A DNA stretch of 64,000 bases, taken from the human T2T-CHM13v2.0 reference genome, Homo sapiens. Below are positions 14,235-28,492 of the stretch, in pieces. The stretch lies in the NCBI RefSeq assembly GCF_009914755.1, contig NC_060945.1, one strand, 5' to 3'. The notes beneath the pieces are model-generated. The model had not been told where the DNA came from. It saw only the letters and a program-made list of their open reading frames with translations, and ran no database searches. Position numbers and translations under genes: made by a program. The number at the start of each line of letters is the position of its first letter. Within the stretch, counting starts at the first letter, position 1.

Positions 14235-15112
14235 CTGTGGATGGGCACCTCGGCGCAAATAGGGACCAGTCTGGGATGGGGGCTCAGCTGGGCAGTGAGC
14301 AGGAGATGAACAGGACAAAGGGCAGAAGAAACCCAGAGTGGGGTGGGGAGGGCGCACGCTTTCATGAGTTGCTGCTGTGCTACTGGAGGTGTAGGACCTG
14401 CGTGCCCCCTGCAGGAACCCACGTGACTCACGGTCAGGAGCTTGGGCGATGGGAACGATAGGCCTTAAGAGGCGCCCCACACTGCGGTCAGATCACCGCA
14501 GAACACAGAGTCCCAACAAAGGTATTGGAATCGGAGTGGGAGGATGGAAGGAAGTCGTCCTGGCCTTGCTTACTTGGGAGCCTGCACGAATCCCCTGAGG
14601 CCTTGTGTGGCCGCCTCTCCCCGGGGCAGACCTTGCCTCTGGCCTACACCTCTCACAGACTGCCCACCCCTTCTAGGTGCCCCCAAAAAAGGTCCCCTCT
14701 GAGCGGAGCTGCTGGGAGAGGAAACCCAGAAGAGAGGGGCGAGGGAAGCTGGAGAGCAGGGTTTTAGCCCCCTGTGCTGCACTCTGATTCTATGTAAATG
14801 TCCGAGTCCTGGCAATAAGGGTCCCGATTAGCAGCATCTGGTCCCCAAAATGAGGCCTCTCTAAAACGGCTCCTCTGGGCCCAAGATCAGAGACCACAGC
14901 CACCCTGGGCTGCAGATCAGGCCTGATAAACGGAGCATCTTCAAAGTCTTTGCTGTCTTGGCAAAACTCCCTTTAACACTCAGAAAGTGCCTTCATAGAA
15001 GGGGAAGTGTGGTCTCCAGACCTCTAAGGCACACAAGACATCCCAGAACAAGGCACACAGGAAGTACTGTTTCAGGGAAAAGGAGAGGAAAAAAGAACTA
15101 GAAGTTCGAGAT

Positions 15113-15457
<345 letters not shown>

Positions 15458-15469
15458 TTACCTTACATT

Positions 15470-15660
15470 AGTGATTTCAAAATGTGGTCCCTGGACCAGG
15501 AACCAGCAGTGCCAGCACTGCTTGGGAACATTTCAGAAATGCACATCCTTGCCTCCCACCCCCAGACCTGATGAATCAGGCTTGGCAGAGGGCCCTGCAC
15601 TCTGTTTGCAAAACCCTCCACGTGGTTCGGATGCAGCTCAAGTCTGAGAACCACTGCTCT
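15470..15660. mobile_element. MER5A-like hAT element
   Basis: caaaatgtggtccctggacca...tgagaaccactg termini. Confidence 0.75.
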
Positions 15661-15889
15661 GCCTGAAAAATCTCTTTACAATTTATATGACTACTACTAC
15701 AAAAACTAACTAAACACACCTGCCATCACAGTAAGACCACAGTAATAATATCAGGAAACCAAACTTATCAGAAATGTCAATTAAGCTCAGACCAGGACCA
15801 TCTGCATCTAACCTGGTGGTAAACGGGAAATGGGGGGTGACTTCAGGCAAATGGGGGGTGACTTCAGGTTCCTTACACGGAACGCTCCG

Positions 15890-16660
<771 letters not shown>

Positions 16661-17204
16661 GCATCTTCATTCAGAAGGCAACAGGCAACCCAAAAACCAA
16701 CATGTCAAAAGTAAAAACATCTGGATGCTCCTGACAAAGTCTCTCTGCCCCCACCTCCTACATCTTAGGACGCAGTTGTCAGAGAGACCTGGAACCGCTG
16801 TGACCTCTCTCGCCTCCCTCTGACACCCGCCCATCACCCACTACCTGCAGCCCCCCTTACTACCTCCCTTGGCCACATCCCACTTTCTCCCACCTGTAAG
16901 GCTGCAAAGGGTCTCCAGATAACTCTTCCTCCTCTGCCTGGGCCGCCAACCCATTTTCCACACTGCAGAGCAGTTCTTCTAGAACATAAATCCAATCACA
17001 TCGCTTGCCAGCCTGAAGCTTCACTGGCTTCCCACTGTCCCAGGAACAAAACCCAAACTCCTGCACATGACCAGGCACTGCCTTTCTCAGCAGCCTTCTC
17101 ACCTCACCTCCCCACCCCCACCCTCTCCAGCCACGCTTCCCGGAACGCCAAGCTGGGTCCTGCCTCTGGGCCTTTGCACATGCTCGCCCCCCAAGGCTGG
17201 CCCT

Positions 17205-17540
17205 CTCCCCAGCCCTCTCTGCAATGCCCGCTCACTCCTCAGTCCCCACTCCCCACTCCCCTGCTCAGTCCTCACTCCCCAGCCCTCTCTGCAAGTTCCC
17301 ACTCCCCTGCTCACTCCTCACTCCCCAGCCCTCTCTGCCATGCCTGCTCACTCCTCAGTCCCCACTCCCCACTCCCCGGCTCACTCCTCACTCCCCTGCT
17401 CACTCCTCATTCCCCAGCCCTCTCTGCCATGCCTGCTCACTCCTCAGTCCCCACTCCCCACTCCCCGGCTCACTCCTCACTCCCCTGCTCACTCCTCATT
17501 CCCCAGCCCTCTCTGCCATGCCTGCTCACTCCTCAGTCTT
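17205..17540. repeat. C-rich minisatellite with 89-bp higher-order unit
   Basis: CCCCAGCCCTCTCTGCCATGCC at 17323, 17412 and 17501, with CCCCACT subrepeats. Confidence 0.9.
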
Positions 17541-18057
17541 AGCTTAACGTCACTTCTTCAGGGAGGGTCTCCCTGATCCACCTGTCCACAGCGTGGCATG
17601 CTTTCTAAAAGCGCTCTGCGATTTCCTTCACAGCACCGTCACCCGTGTAGCCATGCCTGTGTGTGACTGATCTCATGTCTCTCCCACCACACTTCAACGG
17701 CCAAGAGGGCAAGGCTTGTGGCAGCCTTGCACAGTGGGATATACTTGGACCCTCCTCGGCACCAGCACACGGGACAGGTCAACGTCTGATAAGAGAATCA
17801 GCCACTTCCTGGTACACCCCCTAACACACCCCAGGCTGTGGACGCGAGGTCCACCCCAGGCACAGCCACTTCCCCTCAGTCCACCATGGGGGTTCCACCG
17901 TCTTTCAAGACAGAGCCCTAACCTCACCCTCCCTGACACCTTGCTCCCTTCAATTACTCTCACATCCTCTGTGATCCCCCCAAAAAGCTGACTCTTCCTA
18001 AACCACTATCTCAGTTTCACATAATGTCATGCACATGGTCTGTTTTTTCTACTAGAT

Positions 18058-18356
18058 TTATTTTCTTTCATTTTATTTTGAGACAGTCTTGCTCTGTCAC
18101 CCAAGCTGGAGTATAATGGTCCCATCACAGCTCACTATAGCCTCAAACTCGTGACCTCCTGCGATCCTCCAGCTTCAGCCTCTCAAGTAGCTGGGACTAC
18201 AGGCATGCACCACCATGCCCAGCTAATTTTTTAATTTTTTGTAGAGATTTGGTCTCACTATGTTGGCCAGACTGGTCTCAAACTCCTGGCCTCAAGCAAT
18301 CCTCCTGCTTCAGCCTCCCATTTTGGATTACAGGTATGAGACCCCACGCCCAGCCT
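18058..18356 (-). mobile_element. Alu (J-type)
   Basis: Reverse dimeric Alu with tctactagat flanks. Confidence 0.9.
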
Positions 18357-19614
18357 CTACTAGATCTTTAACCATGAAAGACAGAAGCTTAAAAGTGACT
18401 TTTCCACTCACTCCCTTTGTTCAATTCTTATGTATTTTGTATGTAGCACCCTATGTATAAGAGAGCCCTGATAAATCTTTTGACCTGACACCTTCTTCAC
18501 CTCCAGATAATTAAGAGTGGTTGGAAAGTTCCAAATGTTTCATTTGCGCAAGTTACGCCAAGAAAGTTCAGAAGTTTAGTCAGATTAGCACTAAGATCTG
18601 GAGGAGAAATTTTACATGTTCCATATAAAAAGGGGTTTTAAACTTTTATATTATTGTTTTCGATATTTACAAAGCACCTAGCAAGGTTCCAATGCTACCA
18701 CAATGACCTGCGCTTGGCCTCTGCCATCCCCGGCCCATGACAGGAGGTGGCCCCGGCCTGGGGTCTTTCTCCTTAGTGGCCTCCAGGGACCACCCTGGTC
18801 TGGCTTTGGCCAGGCCGCTGCCTTCCCTCCACTTGACACTAAGCCTGTGTATGGGGTTCCTGGTTCACGTACTTGAAAGAAAGTTCAAACAAAGCCTGTG
18901 CTACTGAAGAAATCTTGCAAGCCAACAATGCTGTTCTTGGAATCTGCAGCCTGGCACCCACAAGACCATCTTATCAGCTCAAACAAAACGAAGTCCATTT
19001 CTTGTCCAGATATTCGTGGGACACCTAACATGGCCAGCTGGTGTTGAAGGGGCTGTTCATTTGGGGCAGCAGAACGAGCACAACGCTTCCCCCCTTCCAC
19101 ACACACTACACAACAGAGGGTGCAACCGGGGCCTGCACAGGGGAAGCCAGAGAGGGCTGGTAGAGCCCAGATCCGGCTGGACCACCTGACCCGCATCTTG
19201 ATTCCTGGGGAGACGCCAAAACACCTCCACTCCCTGGGGAGACCCTACTCACTCCCTTCTCAGTACAAACGGGGAAAGGTCTAGAACAAGGAATCCGAAC
19301 TTTCTGTTGTTACCAGATGGGTGGATGGGTTCAACCACAACCTGCTCGCCTAGCAGGGTGACCTCCCCAGACAGGGCTAAGGGAGCAGGGACTCCTTTCT
19401 GTGCTGAGCTCTGAGATGTGGGGAGATGCCCGACACCCTCAGCCCAGAAAGCCCAGAAACCTCACTGACTATCTGAGTTTTGCACAGATTTTCTATTCAC
19501 ACACAGAGTGACCCTGCAGAAGGCAGCCACTCAGGGGCCTCTGCTGCGCCGGTAGTCAAACTTCGTAACACCAAAAGGAGTTAAGATGCAACTCCTTTCT
19601 ACTCTAGCCCTGAC

Positions 19615-19692
19615 CTCCTCCGTTCGCAATCTTCCCCAGGGCTGGGGGCAGATTTTCCTGGTTCCCCCAGGAAAAGTTTTGTGCAAAGGGTC
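19615..19692 (-). CDS. PRDM15: PRDM15 long-isoform model exon (GPFAQNFSWG...IANGG)
   Basis: tcag|GA...G|gtcagg, 78 nt, phases fit. Confidence 0.4.
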
Positions 19693-19765
19693 CTGAAAGC
19701 AGTGAAAGGAAAGCAAGCTGAGGCTCTACACACTTCAGCAGAACAGGTGAAACATACATGTTGAA

Positions 19766-19915
19766 GAGACAGAGTCTCACTATGTTGCCCAGGCTGGAGC
19801 GCAGTGGTTTTTCACAGGCGTGAACATAGCGCACTACAGCCTCAAACTCCTGGGCACAAGCGACCCTCCTGCCGCAGCCTCCGCATAGCTGGGAGTACAG
19901 CCGTTGTGCCCAGCT
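19766..19915 (-). mobile_element. FAM (fossil Alu monomer)
   Basis: Minus strand GAGGCTGTAGTGCGCTATG..CGCCTGTGAA..CCACTGC is the 7SL-derived segment diagnostic of FAM. Confidence 0.75.
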
Positions 19916-20016
19916 TGAAAAACCGTTTTGAGGATTATTTATTAATATGATCTGCAAAGGCTGAGGAGGTTTAGAAAAAGCTACTGGTTTTGAAATATTA
20001 GGAAATGAAAGCTTCA

Positions 20017-20373
<357 letters not shown>

Positions 20374-20994
20374 TCATATAAATGAAATCAGACAGCCTGT
20401 GACCTTTGAGATTGGCTTTTTCTAACTGAAATAATGCCCTTGAGATCCCTCCAGGATGTTGCCTCTATCAAAAGCTCATTCCTTTATATTGCTGAATAAT
20501 ATTCCATGATTCGAGTGCATTACCGTTTGTTTAGCAATTCACTCACTCATGGAAGGACACTTGCAATTTTTCCCACACGGGGCTGTTACAAATAAAGCTG
20601 TTAGGAGCAATCGTGTACAGGTTTTTTTGTACATACGTTTTCATTTCTCTGAGGTAAATGCCCAGGAGTGCAATGACTGGGTCATCTGTTAGGAGGATGT
20701 TTCGTTTTTGAATAAACTGACAGGCTGTTTTCCAGAGAGGCTGCAGCACTTTGCACCTCCCACCAGAGACACAGGAGAGATCCAGTTTCTCGGCGGCCTC
20801 ACCAGCATCTGGTGGGTCACTATTTTTTATTTTAGTCATTCTGGCAGATGTGAAGTGGTGTCTCCTTGTGGTTTTAATTTGCATTTCCCTAGTGGCTAAA
20901 GACGCTGAACATCTTTTCACGTGCTTGTAGGCCACATGTATTAATATTAATAAATCCTCTTCAGTAAAAGGTCTCTGCATCTTTTGCCCATTTT

Positions 20995-21305
<311 letters not shown>

Positions 21306-21496
21306 TCTTGCCCGTTTTCTAGTTGGACTGACAGGGTTATTTTACGGTTGTGCTTGAGAGTTCCTTATCTGTATATATAGATGCTTTGTCGCATGTAGTT
21401 TGCAAGTATTTTCCCCCTGTCTGGGGCTTGTCTTTCCATTCCTCCCACTCCCAGTTTAAGGGTCTTCTGCAGAGCAATGGTTTTTAATGTTGTTGA

Positions 21497-22060
<564 letters not shown>

Positions 22061-22489
22061 TAGAAAAGTCTTATAAGTATACATCTTACATTTAAATCTG
22101 TTATCCAATCTGAATTAATTTTTGTATAAGCTGAGAGGCTGAGGCTGAGGTCCACCTTTTTGTCTACAACGCCCCATGGCCTCGGCACTGCTGACTGGCT
22201 TCTGCGCCTCTGTCAAAGCCGGATGCCCACACTTACGTGCATCTATGCCTGGGTCTCCCTTCTAGTCCACTGATCTCTCCAGCAGCACCACGCTCGTCGG
22301 AGCCCAGTCAATGCAGTCTTGATGACTGCAGCTTTAATCAAGTCTCAAAGCTGGGCAGAATGGTTCCTCCCACTTTATTCTTCTTTTGCAACGTTGTTCC
22401 AGCCATTCTATTCTAGTTCCTTTGCCTTTCCATATAAACTTGAGAACAATCTTGGTTTAAGCCATAAAAATTCTTGCTCAGATTCACAT

Positions 22490-22700
22490 ATGTAATTTTA
22501 GTAACATTTTATTAATCCAGTACACCCAAAATATTATGTCAACATCTATTAATATAAACAAAGAAAAGATACAATATAAAAAAAGTATTAAGGAATTTTT
22601 TTCATACTAAGCCTTAGCAATCCAGTGTGTATTTTACCCTTTCAGCTTCTTAATTTGGACCAGGCACATCTCAAGTGCTCAGAAGCCAGCCCTGGTCTGG
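22490..22700. mobile_element. MER33-like hAT relic
   Basis: atccagtgtgtattttac...aatttggaccaggcacatctcaagtgctc. Confidence 0.6.
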
Positions 22701-23810
22701 AGGCTCAGGGAGTTTTTGTTGAAGCAGGAGGAGCATCTTTCCCGCTGGGCACACGGCCTCGTGACAATATTAAAAGCACTCAGGGAAAACCCACTAACGG
22801 AAAAAGCAAACGTATTTTCAAAAATATGCGCCGCAGAACCATCCTGAAAAATGCTGTGGGTGGGCTTCAGGGGGCTAGCGGGTGGGTGGAGACGGACTCT
22901 GACTAAGTCAGTTTGTGACACCCTGCAGATTCCCACTCTGGAGTCACGACACACACAGGCACGGCAGAGGCCCCGAAAAGTCCTTCAACAAAAATCTCTG
23001 CTGAGATGTGTTCTGTCCAGCAGGTGCCCGAATTTATTTGGGCAAAGAGCACCTTTTGCACACGCTGATGAACGTGCTCAAGAAGGATGGTCCACACTGC
23101 AGACTCCCGGGGTCAGCAAAGGGGCAGGGCCTGGCTTTGCTACAAGATAGAGGACTAGACACCAGGCCCAGGGTGTGAGTCTGCCTCTGCTGTTTACCAG
23201 ATGAGAGAGACCTCAGGTGAGTTATGGCCCCTCCAAGGGCCTCAGTTTCCTTCCCTTACAATAAGAGGGGTGGCCTGGGACTCACCAAGTCCCTTTCAGT
23301 TGGCACAACTTCCAAATTTCAGTTCATTGTTACTGTCTCATAAAGTAGTGTTAAAACACAGATACAGACATACAGATAAAACACAGATACAGACATGTAG
23401 ATAAAACACAGATACAGATGGGTAGACAGAGGTTTTTTACCCAGCTTCCAAGGCTGTGATGAAATGGCACAATACAGCAACCACTCCTCACTGCCTGCTG
23501 CCCAGCAGTTAAAAGGCATGTGTTCTACAGGCCGGCAGTAACTCCCTTTCTTTCTCATTTCCCATTAAATACAATGCTTTCTTCCAGCCTCGTCCAGGGG
23601 TTCTGCATGCCCCAGGAGTGTTTGGGGGACTCTCTTTGGCCCTCCATTCCCCCCACCCCCACCCCCCAACCTCCTGCACCACCACCTCTGCCTCTGCCTG
23701 GGGTCACCCTCTCTGTCACTGTCCCTCTTAAGCAGCAGCTGCCATTGTTAAAGCCACAGGCTGTCCCTGTCTGGGCCCATATCCTTCCTCCCCTACTGGA
23801 GTGAGCCCAC

Positions 23811-23938
23811 CAGGAGGTAGGGCAGGATTGCGTCGCAGGCCTGCACTCGCAGGGCTCAGTGGCTCAGTGTCGGACACCTCATTCCCTAGAGATGTTTCCA
23901 AGAGCTGCTCACTGACCCTCTGGTTCCCAATCTGGGAC
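23811..23938 (-). CDS. PRDM15: PRDM15 long-isoform model exon (SQIGNQRVSE...PALPP)
   Basis: acag|G...G|gtgggc, 128 nt, phases fit. Peptide matches the recalled long isoform. Confidence 0.45.
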
Positions 23939-24844
23939 CTGTAGGCCAACAGTGGGTCACGAAAGTAGACATGAGAAGCCCACTGTCCCTCTCCACGTGT
24001 CTTGAAACATGACAGAAACTAACAGTGGTCCTCTGTTGTTACCACTGACAGCCAATCAGCAGCCTCCTTCCTGGATGGTTGCTGCTCCTCCAGACCTGCT
24101 GCGTTTCATCACCTCTCCAGCACCCAGGCTCAGGACGTGCAGACACAGGGGTGCTCTGACCGGCCCTGCCGAGTACAGTCTCTCCTGTAGCATGCCGGCC
24201 TCCACCTGCGCACACCTACGTGACATGACCAGAACCCTCCTTGGCCCAGCCCCGCCCATCTGCAAGGAAGGCCCCAGGATACAATGGAACATCGGGCCCT
24301 TTTATTTCCAAGTCTTTCTTTTTGTCTTCTCTAAAATAAAGCAAATAGCTATTATATAGCTAGAAATAGTACAAGGTTTTCTTAAGAGTATTTCTTTTAT
24401 GATTTCTTCTCTTTTGTCACTTTCTGAACCTCTTGGTTTCATCCAAATGGTATCTATATAAACAGCTTTAAAAAACAAAAAGTGCCCCTTTCCCCTTCCC
24501 CATTTGCTATCCCATTCCCCAGGGCGGCCATTCAAGCCTCTTTCTGCTGTATCTGATTCTACATCTCAAAATAACATGCTTCTCTGAGATCCCTCATTTC
24601 TCAAACTTGGATCTTGCATTTTTACTTCTTATGGCAGATGAAGGGCTAGCTTTCTTACATTCTCTTCCCCTCCCCTCATTTCCCAGTATGATTATAGTTA
24701 AATCGATGTATATATTATGACTCTGAAAATATTGGCTGCCCTAACAAGTTCATTATTAAAACATTTTTTTCTTCAAAAGAAATAATGAACTTAAACAACT
24801 TCATTATCAATAACTTTAATTGATTTTTTATATTTGCTTAGGCC

Positions 24845-25000
24845 TTATTTTTTACACTTTTGACACATAATCAGTTGTACCTATTTATGGGGTACAAACT
24901 GATGCTTCTAATGGATAGTGATCAGATCAGGGGAATAAGCGTATCCATCATCTCAAACATGTATCATCTCTTTGTGTCGGAAACATTCAACATGCTGTGC
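24845..25000 (-). mobile_element. L1MA 3' end fragment
   Basis: ttgtacctatttatggggtaca...atcaggggaataagcgtatccatcatctcaaacat. Confidence 0.7.
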
Positions 25001-26080
25001 ACACATTTTGTTTGCTACCATTGTGCGGGGCAGAGGTGGTGGTTCAGGAGGTCGGGGGATGGTGAGGGCCAAAGAGAGCACAAAACGCACACTCCTGGGC
25101 ACGCAGAACCACTGGATTCGGCTGGAAGAAAGCACTGTATTTAGTGAGAAATAAGATGAGAAAGAAAGGGGTTTATAGCCAGTTTATAGAACTGTGCTAG
25201 GTGGCTTCACGTGCATGTGGCTTGTTTTTGCTGCCTGTGTGCAGGTTTTGTGTGCTGTACGTGCACGGGTTCTGTTGCTGGTGGTGGTAGGAGGGAAAGA
25301 CACCCATAGCTATAACTTCCCGCACCCTGCGATTGCGTCTCCTTACAGTTTTTCACCGGGTCAGACCAACAAGATGGACCAGGGGTTCCACTGTGTTTCC
25401 TAGCACCTCTCCTCCTTGTCCCATGCCCTCAAGGTCTGACAGCAGCTGCATCCTGGGCCTCCCCTTCCACATCAGCCTGGGGGCGCCTGGTTCCTTCTCC
25501 TGCATGTGAAGCTGTTTCCTGAGCCTCGTTGCTCCCCTTTCCTTAGTCTACTCCCCGGATCTGGAAAGCACATTTTCCTGTAGTTTCCGTAGGAGGGCGC
25601 ATGGGGGTATATCTTGTGGGAGGATTTGTCATGTCTGTGAATGTCCTTATTCTACCCTCACACCTCGGTTAGGCTGCCTGGGTACACGGCCACTGGTCAC
25701 TTTCACTCCGAACGCCCAATGTCCAAGGAAGGACTCCATGGTCCGTCAGCTTCCAGCGTCGTGGCTGATGCATCTGGTATCTTTCCTGCCAGCAAATCTC
25801 CTCTGTGCAGCTCTCTACCTCCAGAATCTTTCAGAATTTTTGTTATAGCTCCCGTGACCTGAAATTCTGTGACCTGCTTTGATGCTGTGCACTGACTGGG
25901 CCTTCAACCATGCCCTTCAGCCCTACTGTTTTCTTGTACTGTTTATGATTTCTTCTCCGTTCTCACTTTCTGAACCTCTTAGTTTCATCAAAGATGACAT
26001 CTATATTTCTCATTTTCACATCTGGTTCTTTAAGAGGGAGAGAAAGGTGTGCCCTCTACCATCTTAAAAATGGAAACTCT

Positions 26081-26406
26081 GCTGGGCACGGTGGCTTATA
26101 CCTGTCATCCCAGCACTTTGGGGGGCCAAGGTGGGAGGATTGCTGAAGCCCAGGAATTTTGAGACCACCTTGAGTAACACGGAGAAACCCCATCTCTACA
26201 GAAAACACAAAAGTTAGCCAGGCATGGTGGCACATGCCTGTAGTCATAGCTACTCGGGAGGCTGAGGTGGGAAGATTGCTTGAACCCAGGAGGTAGAGGC
26301 TGCAGTGAGCCGAGGTTGCAGTGAGACGAGATGGAGATCGCACCACTGCCCTCCAGCCTAGGTGACGAAGCAAGACTCTGTCTCGGGAAAAAAAAAAAAA
26401 AAAAAG
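26081..26406 (+). mobile_element. Alu (J-type) with internal duplication of gaggttgcagtgag
   Basis: Dimeric Alu with A tail. Confidence 0.9.
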
Positions 26407-26818
26407 CAAACTGAGGTAGTGTAGACTCTACCACACTGATGGCTGCTCTAACTGGCTGTCCTGTGTTTGCTTAATTTAAAAAAAAAAGGGCGGGAGGACT
26501 GACTCCTACTTAACGATGAGGCTTGTGCGACCCTAGAGGGCTTGGATGGTGGAGAGGCTGTGAGTGCTGGTTTAGCGTATTTCAAAAAGCAGACAGAATG
26601 AGAATAGGCAGAGAGCAAAGCCTGCAGGTCAGATGTGCTGGGGGATAGGGACCCAGGGAGACAAGAGGCATCCAGATGACAGGACCAGCTAACAGTCAGA
26701 GTTGAGGCGGCCTGCTCAGAACAAGGACCCTGTTGACCTCTTGCCTAACGTGGTGCTAAAATAACATTTATGTTTTTGGTCACAATAAAAGACAAACCTA
26801 CTATAACTAAGCAGCATG

Positions 26819-26822
26819 CATA

Positions 26823-26859
<37 letters not shown>
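26819..26859. repeat. (TA)n(T)n microsatellite
   Basis: Direct inspection. Confidence 0.9.
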
Positions 26860-28154
26860 GAAACTTACAAAAGGCCAGAGGCCAGAGGGTTACGAGACAC
26901 CTGAAACACCCCTTCTCAAAAGCAGACTCTGGTCCAGTGAGTGGACAGTTAAAAGTCCAACCGCATTTGCATCCTGCAGGCCCCACCCACATCAAGAATT
27001 AAGGACCCTGAACTCACAGTGAGTTTGCCGTGAGCCGCATCACTTAGTCAAGGTTTACTGATGACGCCTGCAGTAGGTCAGCACTCAGAGCTGTCAGGTG
27101 CAGACCTGGACCACGATGAACAAGGAGATCGGTCAAACGGAGCCAGTAACAGATGGTGCATCTCAGGCAAATAAAAGCATCCTCTCTGAGAAAGCCGAGC
27201 TCCAGTTTTATGTAAGGGTATGGAAGCAAGGAAGAGCTGAGCCGTCTGTGCTCATCAGACCCCACGGGCTTGGAGGACTCCAGGACAGGCTGACACCTGT
27301 CATCCCAGCACTTTGGGGGGCCAAGACGGGAGGATCGCTGATCTTGGCTTCTCCTGCTCTGAGTAGGATTCATGTAGGACGAGTGGCTTCAGCAGGGTCC
27401 CTGCCCAATCCCAGGTCCTCTCCACCCGAAGCCATCCTTACTGCCTCCTCTGGAAATCCCTTCTGCCCTGGAGGGTCCCTCTCACTGCGTGCTCCCTCCT
27501 AAGCCCCTTTGCTGTCTGCACCTCCCCTCCAGAGCCTCCACAGGGGGTACCCCAAGCTGGCTACCTAGACCTCCGTCCCTCTACATGCAGCACTTACCTG
27601 CCACCCCCAACTCCCAAGCCGGCATCCTGGCGGCCCCTCGCCCTGCCAGGCCCCGGACGGCAGCTCCACCTGATGCCTGGAACCAGGAGCAGCCAGGCTC
27701 TTTGAGTTTTGCCAGTATCCCCATGAAAATATTTCCTAAAATGCCACTCCCTGCATCTCAGCTGACAGTATAAACTGTTCATCCCTGTTTTAAACAGCTG
27801 CAAGGGACATCATTTCCAGCATACTGTAAATACTGAGTTAAAATAAAACTGCCATGTCACTCTTGTAAATATATCTATTAGAATCTAGGCACGGTGACGT
27901 GACAGCCATGGCCATCTATTTACAACGCACACGAACAAGCTCTTCTTAAGGCCAGAAAGTATACACTTCTTCCTCTAGGAACTCCTATTTCTGTTACTAC
28001 AAAATGTAAACCCAACGTTATATATTCATGCTTGAAATCACTCTATTGATTCACCCTACTGTAACTTTTTGCAACACAAACATGCATATAAATTGAATTC
28101 GTCTTGATTTCCTACAACCATAGGGCTGTGCTAACGTCTCCCGAATCATCACCG

Positions 28155-28492
28155 CAGTACACTCGTGTGTAGCTTCCTGACAGGATTCTGAGAAATGCAT
28201 TGCTATGGGATTTTGTAGTTGTGCAAACATGATAGAGTGTACATACACAACCCTAGATGGTATAGCCTACTACACACCTAGGCTATACGGCCCAGCCTAC
28301 GACTCCTAGGCTGCAAACCTGTACAGCACTTAACTAACGGAATACTGTAGGTACCTGTAACACAATAGTAAGTATTTGCTTATCTAAACATAGAAAAGGT
28401 AACGTAAAAAATGCGGTCCTATCATCTTACAGGACCAGCATGGTATATGCGGTCCACCATTGAACCATATCTCCTTTTCACAGTGTGACTAC
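28155..28492 (-). mobile_element. Tigger3/MER7-like element
   Basis: Reverse of the 6415-6735 family (gcctactacacacctaggctata). Confidence 0.7.
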
